Assembly (NCBI RefSeq): GCF_009914755.1
Contig: NC_060927.1
Direction: 5' to 3' (one strand)
DNA length: 64,000 nucleotides
DNA from: the human T2T-CHM13v2.0 reference genome, Homo sapiens
This document shows positions 1 through 13,500 of this stretch, one piece after another (within the stretch, counting starts at the first letter, position 1; every line of letters begins with the position of its first letter). Under the pieces are notes generated by a model. The model saw nothing but the letters and a program-made list of their open reading frames with translations. It searched no databases and was not told the origin of the DNA. Made by a program: the position numbers and the translations under genes.

Positions 1-259
1 ACCACTGGCCCAAGTTCAGTATCAATCTATTTTTTAGTATTAATAGAAAAGTAGTCATTAAGTAAGTTAATTTGTTTTTTAAATGAATATGAGATTATGT
101 TCAGTATAAATTTTCAGAGTAAATTTTCATGACAATTTACATTTTTATATAATATTTTTAAATAGCTTTGTATATTTATTAATTCTCTTTTAAAAGTCAC
201 ATATGGGTTAAAACCTATTGTGATTTTAAAAGAGAAGGAAGTGATGAGTATTTTCAATG

Positions 260-806
260 CTAGTCGTTCTCAATGTTAAGCTGCTCCATAGTCAACCTGG
301 GATTGTAAAAATACCAATGTTCCAGGAATGATCATTGCCTGGACCCCAGATAATTGTACTGGACTCTCTGAGAGTGGGTTTGGGCATCTGTGTATATCTA
401 ATAGCTCCCCAGGTGATTGTAATTATAAAGTCATATGCTGCATAACGATGTTTTGGTCAATGACAGACTGTATATATGACAGTAGTCCCATCAGATTATA
501 ATGGAGCAGCCCTATACAGGTGTACCATTTTTTATTTTTCATACCTTATTTTCACTATATCTTTTCTATGATTAGATACACAAATACTATTGTGTTACAA
601 TTGCCTACAGCACTCAGTACAATAACATGCTTCATAGCCTAGAAGCAGTAGGCTCTACCGTATAGCCTAGGTGTGTAGTTGACTATGCCATCTACGCTAG
701 TGTAAGTGCAGTCTATTGTGTTTGCACAATGACAAAATTGCCTAATGACACATTTCTCAGAATGTATCTCTATTGTTAGCTACGCATGACTGTATTAAGA
801 ACCTAC
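260..806. mobile_element. MER5-family hAT-Charlie element, interrupted by Tigger3
   Basis: Resembles MER5 (gttctcaa...tccccaggtgattgtaat); the terminus-like ttaagaacc resumes after the insertion at ~795. Confidence 0.55.
428..792 (+). mobile_element. Tigger3a-like TcMar-Tigger non-autonomous DNA transposon
   Basis: Degenerate TIRs aagtcatatg / cgcatgactg with TA on both sides (426-427, 793-794); the body cataacgatgttttggtcaatgacagac...agattataatggagc matches Tigger3. Confidence 0.8.
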
Positions 807-2667
807 GATGTTCATAATCTTTTTTTATGGAATGTGATTCTCTTTTCATTTGTAAAGTGATACAAATTATAGTGTAGGCTTATTTATTGAAAATTCTCCT
901 ACTAAACCCCTCTTCCATACTCTACTACCATCTAAGTAATGGGAAAACTCTGTTCTCCCCGAGATGGTCAATGCCTACCTCCCGACCCTCATTTGGCCCC
1001 CTCTTCCACCCTTCCTGTCCTTTTGATTCTCTCCAAATCCCTCTTCACAACTTCTCCCATGTTATGGGGGCTGCATACAAATAGGAACTGTGGCTCTTCC
1101 CCTGCTGTGTCAATGGCTGCTTTTGTGTGGGAAAGGGAGGGGGACTTAGCATGAGTCAGATGAGTCAGACGGTGGGTGTGCAGCACAGCCACGACCATGT
1201 GGATAAAAAGCCTCAATAGTAAGGAAGAGTGGCCCATCAAAATGAGTAATTGCCTCAGATATATCTCCTATTTCTCATCCCTTTTTAATAATACTAAGCC
1301 TGAAAAATATTTTGTTCCTTTAATCAATAATCAACTCTCATCTATGTATCTTAAATCTTCTAATTTGTTTTTTATTCCATCGGGGTTGGGATGATAACCA
1401 TTGAAGGTAAATAAATTACACTAAAATATGTTGGATATCTTTCTAAACGTCAACTTAAAGATCACATTTCAGAAAAAAATCTTTTAAAATATAAACAATA
1501 ACACACTAAACAAAAAATAAAAATACATTACCCTAAAATGTAAATGAAGTCTTGGAATTCAGGCAAGCAAGACCCAATTCCTTGTCTCTACACTTTGGAT
1601 CCTTGAGGGCAGAAACTGTATTTTATTTATATTTGTATTTCCAGCATCTAGCATTATGCCAGGTTAAAATAGCTGGTAAATGCTAGTGGTATTAACACAC
1701 TTTTTTCTTATAATGGCAAATTTTAATTTTCTAGAGATTTGTATTATTTAATCAGTGTTTAATTATTATAAAGTATAATTAAACACACTGATTATAAAAA
1801 TGTATGTAATAATACTTTTATCTTATTTTTTGGGGTTAAAAGGGAAATTCATTTCGTATTTTCCTGTATGTTTGCTAGCATTTTCCAAATTTTTTAAAAT
1901 CATTAAATACTTATTAGTTATGGTGTCCCTGTATGGAACAACGACAACAACAATCAAGTTAAAATCTGAAATGTCTAATCTTGAACATGAAGAGTTCACA
2001 GTCAGTTTATACTTGACAACTAAGAAACAATGGGCTATCTCTAGAATAACAATTTGTGCATTTAAGTGAAGGCTTATATTTGTGCGAGAGGCAGTTAGTA
2101 GTTCAAAATAGTGTTTGGTTTAGATCACTGCTTCTCAAGGGAAGATAAAGTAGAACACGATGCATTACTTTGTCCCTTGCTTTGGTTAAATTTTAAATAT
2201 AATTAAAAGAAGACTAGAAATTGTTAATGTTAATCAAAGAGTTTGGGCTATGGATGTTAAACAATGTTGGTAAACACATAGTTGGGCAAAATCCTTTGGA
2301 ATGTTAAGCTTTAAATTAAACACATACCATACAGGGAAGTGAGGTACTTGAGAAGTACAGTGACAACTTGTACATGAATTTAGATTTCATTATGTTTTTC
2401 AATAAACAATTCTTGATGTTCTATGTGAAAGCACCTTATTATCTATCATTTCTACTTAATGGCATTCTAAGCGGCTAAGAAAGTTGCTCAAACTCACATA
2501 GCATCAGCGCAGCATCAAACACAGATAATCTGACTCCAAATTCAGTGCCCTGTCCATCACAGCTCTGGAGCCCTGCGGCCACTTACGACTACGTGAGCTA
2601 CTGCTTACTGCTAATTTACTAGAGGGGCAATGGCAGTCACTTGAGAACCTACTAGTGGTTTGGTATA

Positions 2668-2835
2668 AATCCTTCTCAGAGTTGTCCCTGGACCAGCATT
2701 ATGAACATCATTTGGGAACTTATTTGAAATGAGGCATCTGGTGTCCCGCTTCAAACATAATGCATCTGAATCTGCATTTTTAACAAGATTACTATAGAAT
2801 TTTTATGCACATTACAGTATGAAAAGCAGGAGTGT
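2668..2835. mobile_element. MER5A-like DNA transposon fragment
   Basis: ggaccagca...tgggaactt...tctgaatctgcatttttaacaagat...tatgcacattacagtatgaaaagca. Confidence 0.6.
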
Positions 2836-2839
2836 AAAG

Positions 2840-3260
2840 AAGTCCAGATGTGAAATCAGGGGACCTGAATTCCATCTCAGCCCTGCCACAGACTAGCCAT
2901 GACACTTTAAGTAAGTTATTTAATTTTTTTAGAGCATCAGTTTTTCTGCAAAATGGGGTGATAATATCCATCTTAGAGAGGGTTATTGCAATGATTGTAT
3001 GAGTAAAAGTGCCTAGAACGTGAAACCCTGTCTCTACTAAAAATACAAAAATTAGCCAGGCGTGGTGGCATGCGCCTGTAATCCCAGCTACTCAGGAGGC
3101 TGAGGCAGGAGAATCACTTGAACCCAGGAGGCAGAGCTTACAGTGAGCCGAGATCGTACCACTGCACTCCAGCCTGGGTGACAGAGCCAGACTCCATCTC
3201 AAATCAAAAAACAACAACAATAACAAAATGCCTGGAACCCAGCAGTAGTTTAAGAAATGC
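2840..3260 (+). mobile_element. MIR, interrupted by a truncated Alu
   Basis: MIR core gacctgaattccatctcagccctgccac...aagttatttaa...cagttttt ctgcaaaatgggg. Confidence 0.65.
3020..3224 (+). mobile_element. 5'-truncated AluS
   Basis: Starts at gtgaaaccctgtctctactaaaaatac; full right arm; (CAA)n tail; TSD aaaagtgcctagaac / aaaatgcctggaac. Confidence 0.92.
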
Positions 3261-4104
3261 ATACTGGATTCATATGCAAATCCACAGATTGCAATGAGAC
3301 AGCTCAGGCACTCAGAGAATTTGGTGAACCCCCAAATTTCTGATTATGTGGCACCAAAGAAATACCTGTGCTAGAATTTATTTAAATTAAGCTTTCTGAG
3401 ATATCCACATTTTTGTGCTCTAGAGAGTTGCTACAGAGTTATTCTCAGCAGAGCAATTATAGGTGAGGCTGCCCTATAATGAGATATCTTTTCTACTTCA
3501 TTAAATAAACCCCCTTGAATGGGCTCCAAAATGGACCTGTCTTATACCAAATTCCATTATCTTGGAAGTAATCTCATAAGAAGGTCCTGGTGTGGGTTCA
3601 ATCATGTTGGATACCTAACATTTACCATAAAGAATGTGTTCTAGAAGAGTGATTCCCAAAAGCTGGTTCTCAGACCAATGTTTTACCGATCCAAGGGAAA
3701 ATAAAAAATAAAGACAACATAGCTTTTCATAAAATTGAAATATAACTGTTTTTAAAATATCCTTCATTTTGAGAGTATGACCTCTCTGTTTCTTTTTATC
3801 TTTCCTTCTAACTTTTATGGGTAAAACTGCTCCATATTTTATGATTCAATGGTGGTAATAGATGGTAATTTTTGTAATGTTCTTGTACAATACAAATGCA
3901 ATGCCAACCCACTCTCCCCCTACACACACTTAAAACATTTTTTTATGGATCCTTGAAATGCAAAAATTCTGAACTATTGTTATAGAAACACCTGCTTAAG
4001 AAGAAATTCTTTCCTATAAAATCAATGTTGGACATACAACATTTTAAATTATAAAATGTAGGGGCCAAACTTCAAAGTGTTAATTGGAGGGCAAAATCAC
4101 AGAG

Positions 4105-4480
4105 CGTAGTGCTCCTCAAACTGCAATGTGCACAAGGACCATCTGGAATTTGTTAAAATGCAGGTTCTGATTCTGCAGGTCTGGCAAGATCTAGAATTTT
4201 GTATTTCCAACCAACTCACACTTAGAGTAGCAGAGGCACACTGGTGAGCCCTGAAACCAGATAAGCGGATCCCGACTCCACCACCTCTAGCTTTTGACCC
4301 TTGAGCAAGTTACTTAACCTGTCCACCCTTGGTTTTCTCATTAGTAACACAATAATAATAACAGTATTATCTCATTGGCTTGTTGTGAGAATGAAATGGA
4401 ATAATGAATGTAAATAATCCCAGAATGTAAAATATAGTAGCTGGCACATACAAAGAGCTCCATAAATGTGAGTTATTACT
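4105..4480. mobile_element. MER5A fragment followed by MIR
   Basis: gtagtgctcctcaaact...ttgttaaaatgcaggttctgattc, then MIR core ttgagcaagttacttaacct...ttgtgagaatgaaatg. Confidence 0.6.
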
Positions 4481-5633
4481 TTAACTTCACACACCAGCGA
4501 CTGGAGCGCCAAGATATTAAAAAAAGATTAGCACCTCAAGGGGCTGCTGCATGATGAAATCAGAGGAATTGAAAGTTCTGGTTGGTAATGGATGGGTCTT
4601 GTTCTGTCTTCTTTGATGGGTTTAATGGGATTGTTTGAAGCTGTGAATCTTAAAGGATACATATAGATTTGTTCTAATTCAGAAGGTGGAAGCCTCTTAA
4701 TTATTAGGATCCTATGATTAAGATTGAAATGGTGGTGTTGTTTAAGTTGCATGCTATGAAGTTAGAAAAACCTTTGATAATTTCTTTGAGTGTTGTTCCA
4801 ATAAGTGACAAAAAATATGATTACTGCATCTTCTGTCCTTTATGTATTCCTAATTTATTAATCTTTTCCTACTTTTTGTTGACAGCCAAGCAATTTATTA
4901 CATAGTAGTATGTATTGCCTAATATGCAAATACAACTATATGAGGCAGTCATATTTTTTTAAATAGAATCCCTACTGTTTTTGTAGTGGGGAAATTGGTA
5001 TAGCTGTCTTTAAAAAATTGCAGGGAATAGTATCTAGGCATGACAATATAAAATAATATGAATTTGTGTTTTTATCTTCAGCTTACACCTTTTGCCCTTA
5101 TTGGTTTAGCTTCTGGTGTGAATACAAACATAAGAGCATACGATGACTGTTTTTAACGAAACTTGAGAAAGATTGATGAGGTGGTCATAGAGCTAAGGAC
5201 CAATTTTACCCACATAACTGGTTCACCTTTATACAGTAAAAAGAAAGCATGCAAAAATAAGTTATTTCATTAAGCATGTTTACATAAATGCCTGCTATGT
5301 TACAAAATCCTAAAAGACTAAAGTTGACAGGTTTTTGGAAGTTAAACTGTTGTCTTCTGAATCATTGCATATCATTTGACCTTAATGATTATAAAATGTT
5401 ATCATAAATTTACCTATCTAGTGACTATGTTATGAAAATAAAAGGAGTTAGTACTTTGTCAAGAACACAAAGGAAACTAACACATAAACAAAACATTCCT
5501 AATGGGTTTATTAGATGCATTGGAAATTGTTATGTCACTTAATAAATATTTAAATGCCTCCAGGGCCTTTGCTCCGTTCTTACTTTTCTGTTTCTTTTTT
5601 GTGGTCTCACCTTTAACCACAACCAGTCCTCTA

Positions 5634-5996
<363 letters not shown>

Positions 5997-6034
5997 TCAT
6001 AACACTTCCCTCATAGCAAGCCTTCTATGGGAGA

Positions 6035-6455
6035 GATGCTACTTATCCTTCAATACCTATTTTCTCCTTCTTTCTCAGTAACAGAACTTCAGAATGTTAG
6101 AGCCATCTGGAATAAAGACCGTATTTCTCAGCCTCCCTTGCAGGTATGTGTGGCCACATGATTAAATTTTGGTTAATGGGAAAAAAATGAAAATGGTGTG
6201 CTCGTGGAGACACTGTGTGCCTCTCTTTTTCCTTTTTCTCATTTTTGGCTGGATAGAATGTGTATCTGATGACACCAGCAGGAATGGTTATTTTGGATCA
6301 TGAAGTCAAGGCCACTTCTTAGGAAAGGAGATATAACCTGGCACCCTGACCATCATACCATATCAGCCCTTGACTACCAACATTTATGTATGAGAGAAAT
6401 AAACTTCTACCTTCCTTCAGACACTTATTTTGCAGCCAAACCTAACCCTAATGTA
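6035..6455. mobile_element. MLT1 (ERVL-MaLR) solo LTR, old MLT1H-J type
   Basis: tatttctcagcctcccttgcaggtatgtgtggccacatga... and end gcagccaaacctaaccctaat. Confidence 0.6.
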
Positions 6456-7677
6456 TCCACACTCAAATACTTGCAGCATCTATCAAGTGTGATCATTATC
6501 ATTGTGCCTTGGCTTCTGCCGTCCATCCTATCTTATTCAAAGCCATGTTAGGACTTAAGGAAAAGGGAGAGATGCTTTAAATGATATGTGAGAGCACTCA
6601 GTATTAATAAAGTTAAATTTAGAAGTTAAATTCGGGAAAAGAAAAGAAAGGCTGAAAAGGCTACAAATCTTTTCTATTCCCAGTAGCTTTGTTTTTTTGA
6701 GATATTCTAGCTAAGATTTCAAAGTTAACTCCCTAGATAATTAGACAAAAGCTAGGCCAGATGTCTAAGCTAAGTTTTGGTTTCAAAATAATTATTTTTG
6801 TTAATTATCAGTAATTAGTGTCAGCATCCAAAACTTTCCTTAGAACCCTGGGAGAGAGAAGGAGAACAGGAGAGAGAAAAAAAAGAGGTAGCGGGGAAGG
6901 AGAGAGAGAGAAACACAAGCATTATGCAGTACAATTATATTTTAGGTTTAACAAAACCTGATTCAAATTTTATAATTTTGAACACAGGGTTTTATGGAAA
7001 ACTGGGTATTTTGTTTCATTTAATGCAGATGTCTTTTGCTTTTACTTAAACTTAATTTGAAGCTTTTACAGTAGCTAAGAAAAGATGCCTTTCTTTTTTC
7101 TTGCCAAAATGATTATTTTTCTTTATCTATAAAATTATACCTTTAACCCTCCCTGCACCAGGAAAATAAATTTCAGCTGAAGATGGCCCTGGCAGAATGG
7201 CCTGGTATTCTTTGTAGAGTCTTTCATTAGCATTCTTTTCCTAGACGAAGGCTGCAGAGCTTTAGCTCAAAAGACTGTTCAAAAGAACAGAGGGTTCTTT
7301 TGGGGGTTTGTGGATAATATGGATTTTTCCAGCACTTATTAGATAGCTTAGAAGTTTACGTAGTACATCACACTTCCCTTATTTGTGTAGATGACCCTTT
7401 ATGAGAACAGGAATATTTATAGATGCATCTATTTGTGTGCTACCTAATTACTTCATATCTACTCAGGTCTGTTTTTGTACGTAGCACCTTTTAAAATATT
7501 TAGGGACACCATTGTCTGGTATCATCTATTAATAATTCATTATAACTGTAGTCATTTTAACCTGCAAGTAACAATGAAAATAATACTTTACTCTTTACAT
7601 TGCACCACTTTCACGACAACATCTCACATTTGACTCCTGCTCACTCTCATCACCCATGCTCAATTACTCTTGTGGGC

Positions 7678-7982
7678 ATTTTTTTTTTCTTTTTTTTTTT
7701 TGACACAGAGTCTTACTCTGTTGCCCAGCCTGGAATGCAGTGGTGTAATTATAGCACACTGCACTCTCGACCTCTTGGGCTCAAGAGATCCTTTCACCTC
7801 AGCCTCCTGTTGTAGCTAGTAGTATAGATGTGTGCCACTATGCCTAGCTAATTTTTACATTTTGTAGAGATAGGGTCTCACTATGTTACCCAGACTGGTC
7901 CAGAATTTCTGGCCTCAAGTGATCCTTTCACCTTGGCTTCCCAAAGTGCTGGGACTACAGGTGTGAGTCACCATGCCAGGAC
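7678..7982 (-). mobile_element. AluJ
   Basis: Poly(T), then antisense Alu with J-type features (ctcttgggctcaagagatcc); lies in an L2 remnant; degenerate TSD tgggcattt / tatggcatct. Confidence 0.93.
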
Positions 7983-8910
7983 TTTATGGCATCTTTATTT
8001 AAATGTTTACTGGTTTGTCTTCCTCACCAGGTGGTTAGAGGGAAGGAACCATGTCTTCATTCATTTCTTTTTAAATAGCTCCAGTGCCCAGCAGGCATAT
8101 ATAGTATGCATTGAAATGTTTTTTGTAAGATAGTTTTGTAAAATAAAATACGAAATATGCACTCATCAACAAAGCAAGGCCAATGGTGCATACAGTTTGG
8201 TCCTTCTATAGGTACAGTATGTCATGAGCTAGTATAATTTTCCTACTACCTATTTTGTGTTTTAGTAGTGATTCTGAAGTTTATTTTAGTCCATGGCTAT
8301 TTTTTATGCCAAGGTATTCACAAACTTACCTGTTTACAGATAGGAAGATAATTATTCATAAAGATCACTAGAATGGGGAGAAAAATAAAGTTTGATGGTA
8401 AAGTAAAATGGTGTTATTTTGTTTGTAATAAGTATCACGTATAAATTATGAGCACATGCTAAAAAGTAAAGATGGTTATGTTTAATCATGAGGATACTAC
8501 ATATCAAAAGTGGACAATTCATATACTCATTAACTGCCTATTTCTAGAGAATCTATATTCTACCCACCACCATTGTACTAAAACTTTACGGCTTTTATAG
8601 GTGGGCAGCTAAGTGATGAAAGCAACTGCATTTTAAAAATATATCACCATTCACTTCAGGGTTTGTAAAAAGCATGAGGTATGCCTTTGGGGTTATTTCT
8701 ATATATCAAGTGCACACAGGCATATTAATTTGCAGGCATAGCTTATTTATTTGCTTTATGTAAACTGGGAACTGCAAAATCCTAATATCATTACATATCC
8801 TCACCTCATGATCACTGCTTATTACAGTATGGCCAGAACCCCTCAATGTAATTGCAACTTTCCATTTCATAGTTTCCTGTCACCAATCTATATTTTCTTT
8901 AATCCCATAC

Positions 8911-9522
8911 CTCAAGTGCTGTTCTGAACTGTCCTGCTGCCAAGGCGTATTTCTTTTGTCTATAGCAAGAGCTGGCATCCTTTAAGGCTACCTGAAGCCA
9001 TTTGTCAATCTGAGGCAGAAAGCTGAAATTATGTACACTCAAAGGGTCTACTATTTCAGCAGCTTGGCATGTTGGCTGACTCCCAGTAGACATGAAGGAC
9101 TCTACAAACTCATAGCGAACACCCATTTCATCAATGTAGACCAACTTCATTTCCACATCCATTATGTTCTTTAAGGGGATGTGAGGCAGAGGCATGGTGA
9201 TTAACTGATTGTCAAGTTCTGTTATCTTTGCCTGTTTCTTTCTAGTTGGCTTTTCTTCACCTTCTGCCTTCCGTTTAAAGGCTGCTTTCTCTAAATCATT
9301 GCTTTGTTTTTCTTTGATGCCCTTTGTCATTTTTGTTCTTTCAAGTGTGATTTCTACCTGTTTACCTCCACAGTTTTTCTTAATCTCTTGTGACATTTCC
9401 AGGATGTTAGGTGGGTGCGCTAAGGTGGACATTTTCTTGCTTGTGTTTATCTTTGGAACAAGCTGATCATGATAGATCCTATTCACTGCATTCTCCAAAC
9501 TCCTACTGCTTCCTGCATCCAT
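8911..9522 (-). CDS. SPATA16: SPATA16 first coding exon (exon 2), codons 1-204 (MDAGSSRSLEN...AAGQFRTALE), ending at the start of the TPR region
   Basis: Translation matches my recall of the human SPATA16 N-terminus. Acceptor: polypyrimidine tract + ctgcag|GAG at 9541/9540, then 18 nt of 5'UTR before the ATG at 9522. Donor: GAG|gtatgg at 8911/8910, phase 0. Exon 8911-9540 = 630 nt. Confidence 0.97.
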
Positions 9523-10849
9523 CGATCCTGCCCAAAACTCCTGCAGGGGGGAGAAAAAGGAAAGTAATTAAGGCAATATTTTGAATTCCAGTGGTTTAGA
9601 CTATAGTCAAATTCATTTTAAACACTATTTCATTCATTATTAGTATTTGTTGCCTTGTAAGTAAAACTGTATTTACATAATCTACTGACTATTTTAATAG
9701 AGGAGTGTATGTGTCAGTCTCAAAACTCACCAAGATAAGAATTTGTTGTAAACACATCTAGACATTGTCTTAAAAAATGATCCTCTGTGGCTGAACAACA
9801 TCGAATGAATACTTTAATGGGGTATCCAAACTCATTGAATAGGAAAATTTTATACATAGCCACTGAGACAAGAAAAGCCAAAGTAAATCTATCTCAATAT
9901 TAATTTCCTCAGAAAGGCAGGTGGTCTAGAACTCATTACAAAATACACTACTCACCTGAATAATAGACTTGGGAGTCTAAAGAAACCCCAGCTGCTTCCT
10001 CTGAAAAGCTTCCAAAAATGTGAGCACAATCTTTCCTAAATTTGTTTCTTTTATTACTAATGAAAATCTCAAGTTTAAAAAGCTCATAGACAACTATTGT
10101 TCACAACAGGCTCTAAAGAAGAAGAACATGACCTTCAATCTTACAGAAATGTGAGCCATAGACTTATCTTTAGTCTACTGTATTAGTCTATTTGTAGTAA
10201 TGGTATCAACAATGTACACTGTATAAAGATGAGGTATTTTTCTAAACATTAATGCTCAAAATATGTAACAGTCTTTTGATTCCAAGATTCTGCATGCTAT
10301 GTGCTTCTAGATTTGTTTCAAAATATCAAGTGTTCTAAGATATAATAATTATTTAGTATGGTTGATTCCTATCTTTTAGGACTCTTTCTTTTCACCTATC
10401 ACATTCTATTCTGGAAACAACTTTGTGGAGTAAATAGGAACAGGGACCACATTTTGCAAAGAAACTAAGGGATAGAGGGATTAAGTTGCTTCTCCAAGGT
10501 CACATTGGTTGGTCATTAGCAAAACCTACCCATTCAGATTGCTATTACCTTCCTAGGACTGCCACTTGCCAACTCCTAGCCTGAGATACTTCCTCTATAA
10601 CATGAGGTTCTTTAGTATAGCTAATAGACATAGATTAGACCACAAAGATAGGAGAAAATAACAAGAAAGAAGGGCTGCATATAATAAGATAACAATGAGA
10701 TAAAAGCTAACACTTGTGCTTCCTTTTATCTTCAAGGTCAGTGTCCGACTCAAGATAAAAATCGTGAGTCACTTCTCAAAACTTATTAATGTTGTTGATT
10801 GTCTTCATTTGTTTGTTTGGAAGACAGTAGTTTGCCGAAGAAGACCCTT

Positions 10850-11130
10850 AAAACCAAACACTGCATATTCTCACTCATAAGTGGGAATTGAACAATGAGA
10901 ACACATGAACATAGGGAGGGGAACATCACCTACTGGGGCCTGTCGAGGGGGTGTGGGGAAAGGGGAGGGAGAGCATTAGGACAAATACCTAATGCATGCA
11001 GGGCTTAAAACCTAGATGACGGGTTGATAGCTGCAGGAAACCACCATGGCACATGTATACCTATGTAACAAACCTGCACGTTCTGCACATGTATCCCAGA
11101 ACTTAAAGCAAACAAATAAACAAACAAAAA
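10850..11130 (+). mobile_element. L1PA (L1PA7/8-like) 3'-end fragment
   Basis: L1 3'UTR ttctcactcataagtggg...tgtaacaaacctgcacgttctgcacatgtatcccagaacttaaag plus A-rich tail. Confidence 0.92.
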
Positions 11131-11575
11131 GCATCCTGAACTGTGACCCATTAGATTTTTAAGTAAAGGGAGAACCATAACTGTTCCTATGGCTCTAACC
11201 TTTGAAGTACTTTCCCCCTTTGTACCATTGGACACATATGTTGTCAGAAAAGGTTTAAGGTCATACATGGACATACCAAAGGATCTACTGTGATGGTCTT
11301 TGTTATCTCATATGAATGACTGAATTCCAATAATTCTAATAATAGCTATCTTGTATATTAATTTGTAAAAGCTAAATCCTAGAATATTTCCCCAATGATT
11401 GATAATGACACAGTAGGGTTGTGTTTCTATAGGATAAAACATTTAAGTTTGAAATTTTAACCAGCCTGTGTTGTGTTTAGTATTGAAGATCAGCAGAACT
11501 GTGAATCACAGGCCCCACCAACAGCTCCACTTTGGGCAAGACCCTGTTTCCTTTTCCTCTCTTACAAATGTTGCT

Positions 11576-11944
<369 letters not shown>

Positions 11945-13099
11945 CTAATGTGGCTACTCATTAGCAAGAGTGGCATGGGGAAACTGTCTTGGCCATCACT
12001 TTATTTTTTGTTTGCCCTTGTGCCACATCTACATATGATTTGGATTGAGTAAAAATAAACTTTAGTCCTTCAGTTAAGATCTCTGTTGAATGAACACTCC
12101 GGCTATGCATCTATATCGTTAAGTTTCTTTTGGTAGCAGAGAGGCAGCTCTTGTTTAAAGCTCAAAATACCTGATTTTAAGGGTTTCTGGTTCATTTTAA
12201 TCCACAGTAGGCTGTTAAAAATATAAACAGGCAACATCGGTTTGTGAGCTGTTCCAACATTTTCATGATACCTCCCAGGTATCTTATCTTATTGATACTC
12301 TCTCTACTTCAAGCACCAGAGGCTAAAATGTACCAGAATATCTGTAGTTGATTGTCATTAGTAACATTTTTAGCATCTACAGCAGCATTACCTATCTCTG
12401 CTGTATTTATTTCACATCTCTTTAACACATATAAATGCATAAAGTTATCTTTATAGCCATTTCTTCTAGAGCATAATTGTTCTCTCTCTCTGCCTCCCTC
12501 TCTCCATTTCCCTCCATCCCATGCTCCTTTCCTCTGCCTATTTTCCTCCCAACTCCTCCCACTCCAATTCTCTTCCCAGATGTCCCTCACTCCGAGCCTT
12601 TTTCTTTCTGCAAGAAGGAAGGTTTTATTGTTTTAAGAAATAGGATTCTGAGTACTTCTGCATTAGTCTTTAAACTGCTCTATAGAAATCATCATTTTGG
12701 TCTTCAGTGCAGTTTTACACAAGAAAAAATAACAGGGGGAAAAATTATATAGGGTGTACATAGAGCACTCAGAGGGAATAAGTATCTAAGCAAATGTTTA
12801 GCTTTCAGACATCTGAAAGATCAATTATTCCCAATATATATAAGAAACTAATTCAGGTTCCCTCCCAAATTCAGAATAAATACCTGAATGTCTGAAAGTG
12901 TCTTAAATGTGCAGGCTGAAAAAGCATGGCCAAATCCAACCATTATTTTTCAGTGCTGGTTGAAAATCGGATGACTTTATTTCAGCTGTACAGCCTTTTT
13001 TTTTTTTTAATAAAAATTGTCACACATGTACAGAAGAGTTATGGAACTGCTGCTTATGGCTTCTTTAAAAATTATAAAACTCTATTTAAATAATCTGGA

Positions 13100-13500
13100 A
13101 TTTGAGGCCTTTTACCACCTCGCTCAATGTGTGTTTTCAGCCTTATTTAGCACTTCTCCTATAAACTACTCTGAAGTCAAGCTGAACATCTTGTTTATTC
13201 CAAAAGATGTTCATTTTCAGTCTGTCAACTAAGAATTCCCCATCTTCCTATTCCCACCTCATTCTACCTTTCCAAACCTACCAAGGAGTTATCCATTTTT
13301 ACCTCCTCAGAATAATACTGATGGCATTTATAGCACCTTTTTTATTTTTTATATCGCAATTATTCCTGAATGAATTTTTTCTTCCAATAAATTCCCTAAA
13401 AGCAGAAATATACTTTACTCTTCTTGACATTAGTTCAGTGCTTTGCATAGAGTAGGCATTCAATAGATGTTGATCAATATGAATGCTGTGAATCAACAGC
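13100..13500 (+). mobile_element. L2 3' fragment
   Basis: Ends agtgctttgcatagagtaggcattcaatagatgttga, typical of an L2 3' end. Confidence 0.55.

Noticed and set aside
3645-3985. Possible Charlie-type DNA transposon
   Set aside because: Termini are suggestive but too decayed to assign without a search.
8899-8910. ORF 8899-9522 as a complete 207-aa single-exon gene ending VWD*
   Set aside because: The last codons are intron read-through past a canonical GAG|gtatgg donor; SPATA16 continues in exons outside the window.
9209-9466. Hydrophobic 85-aa plus-strand ORF
   Set aside because: Antisense shadow of the Lys/Glu-rich SPATA16 exon; no independent support.
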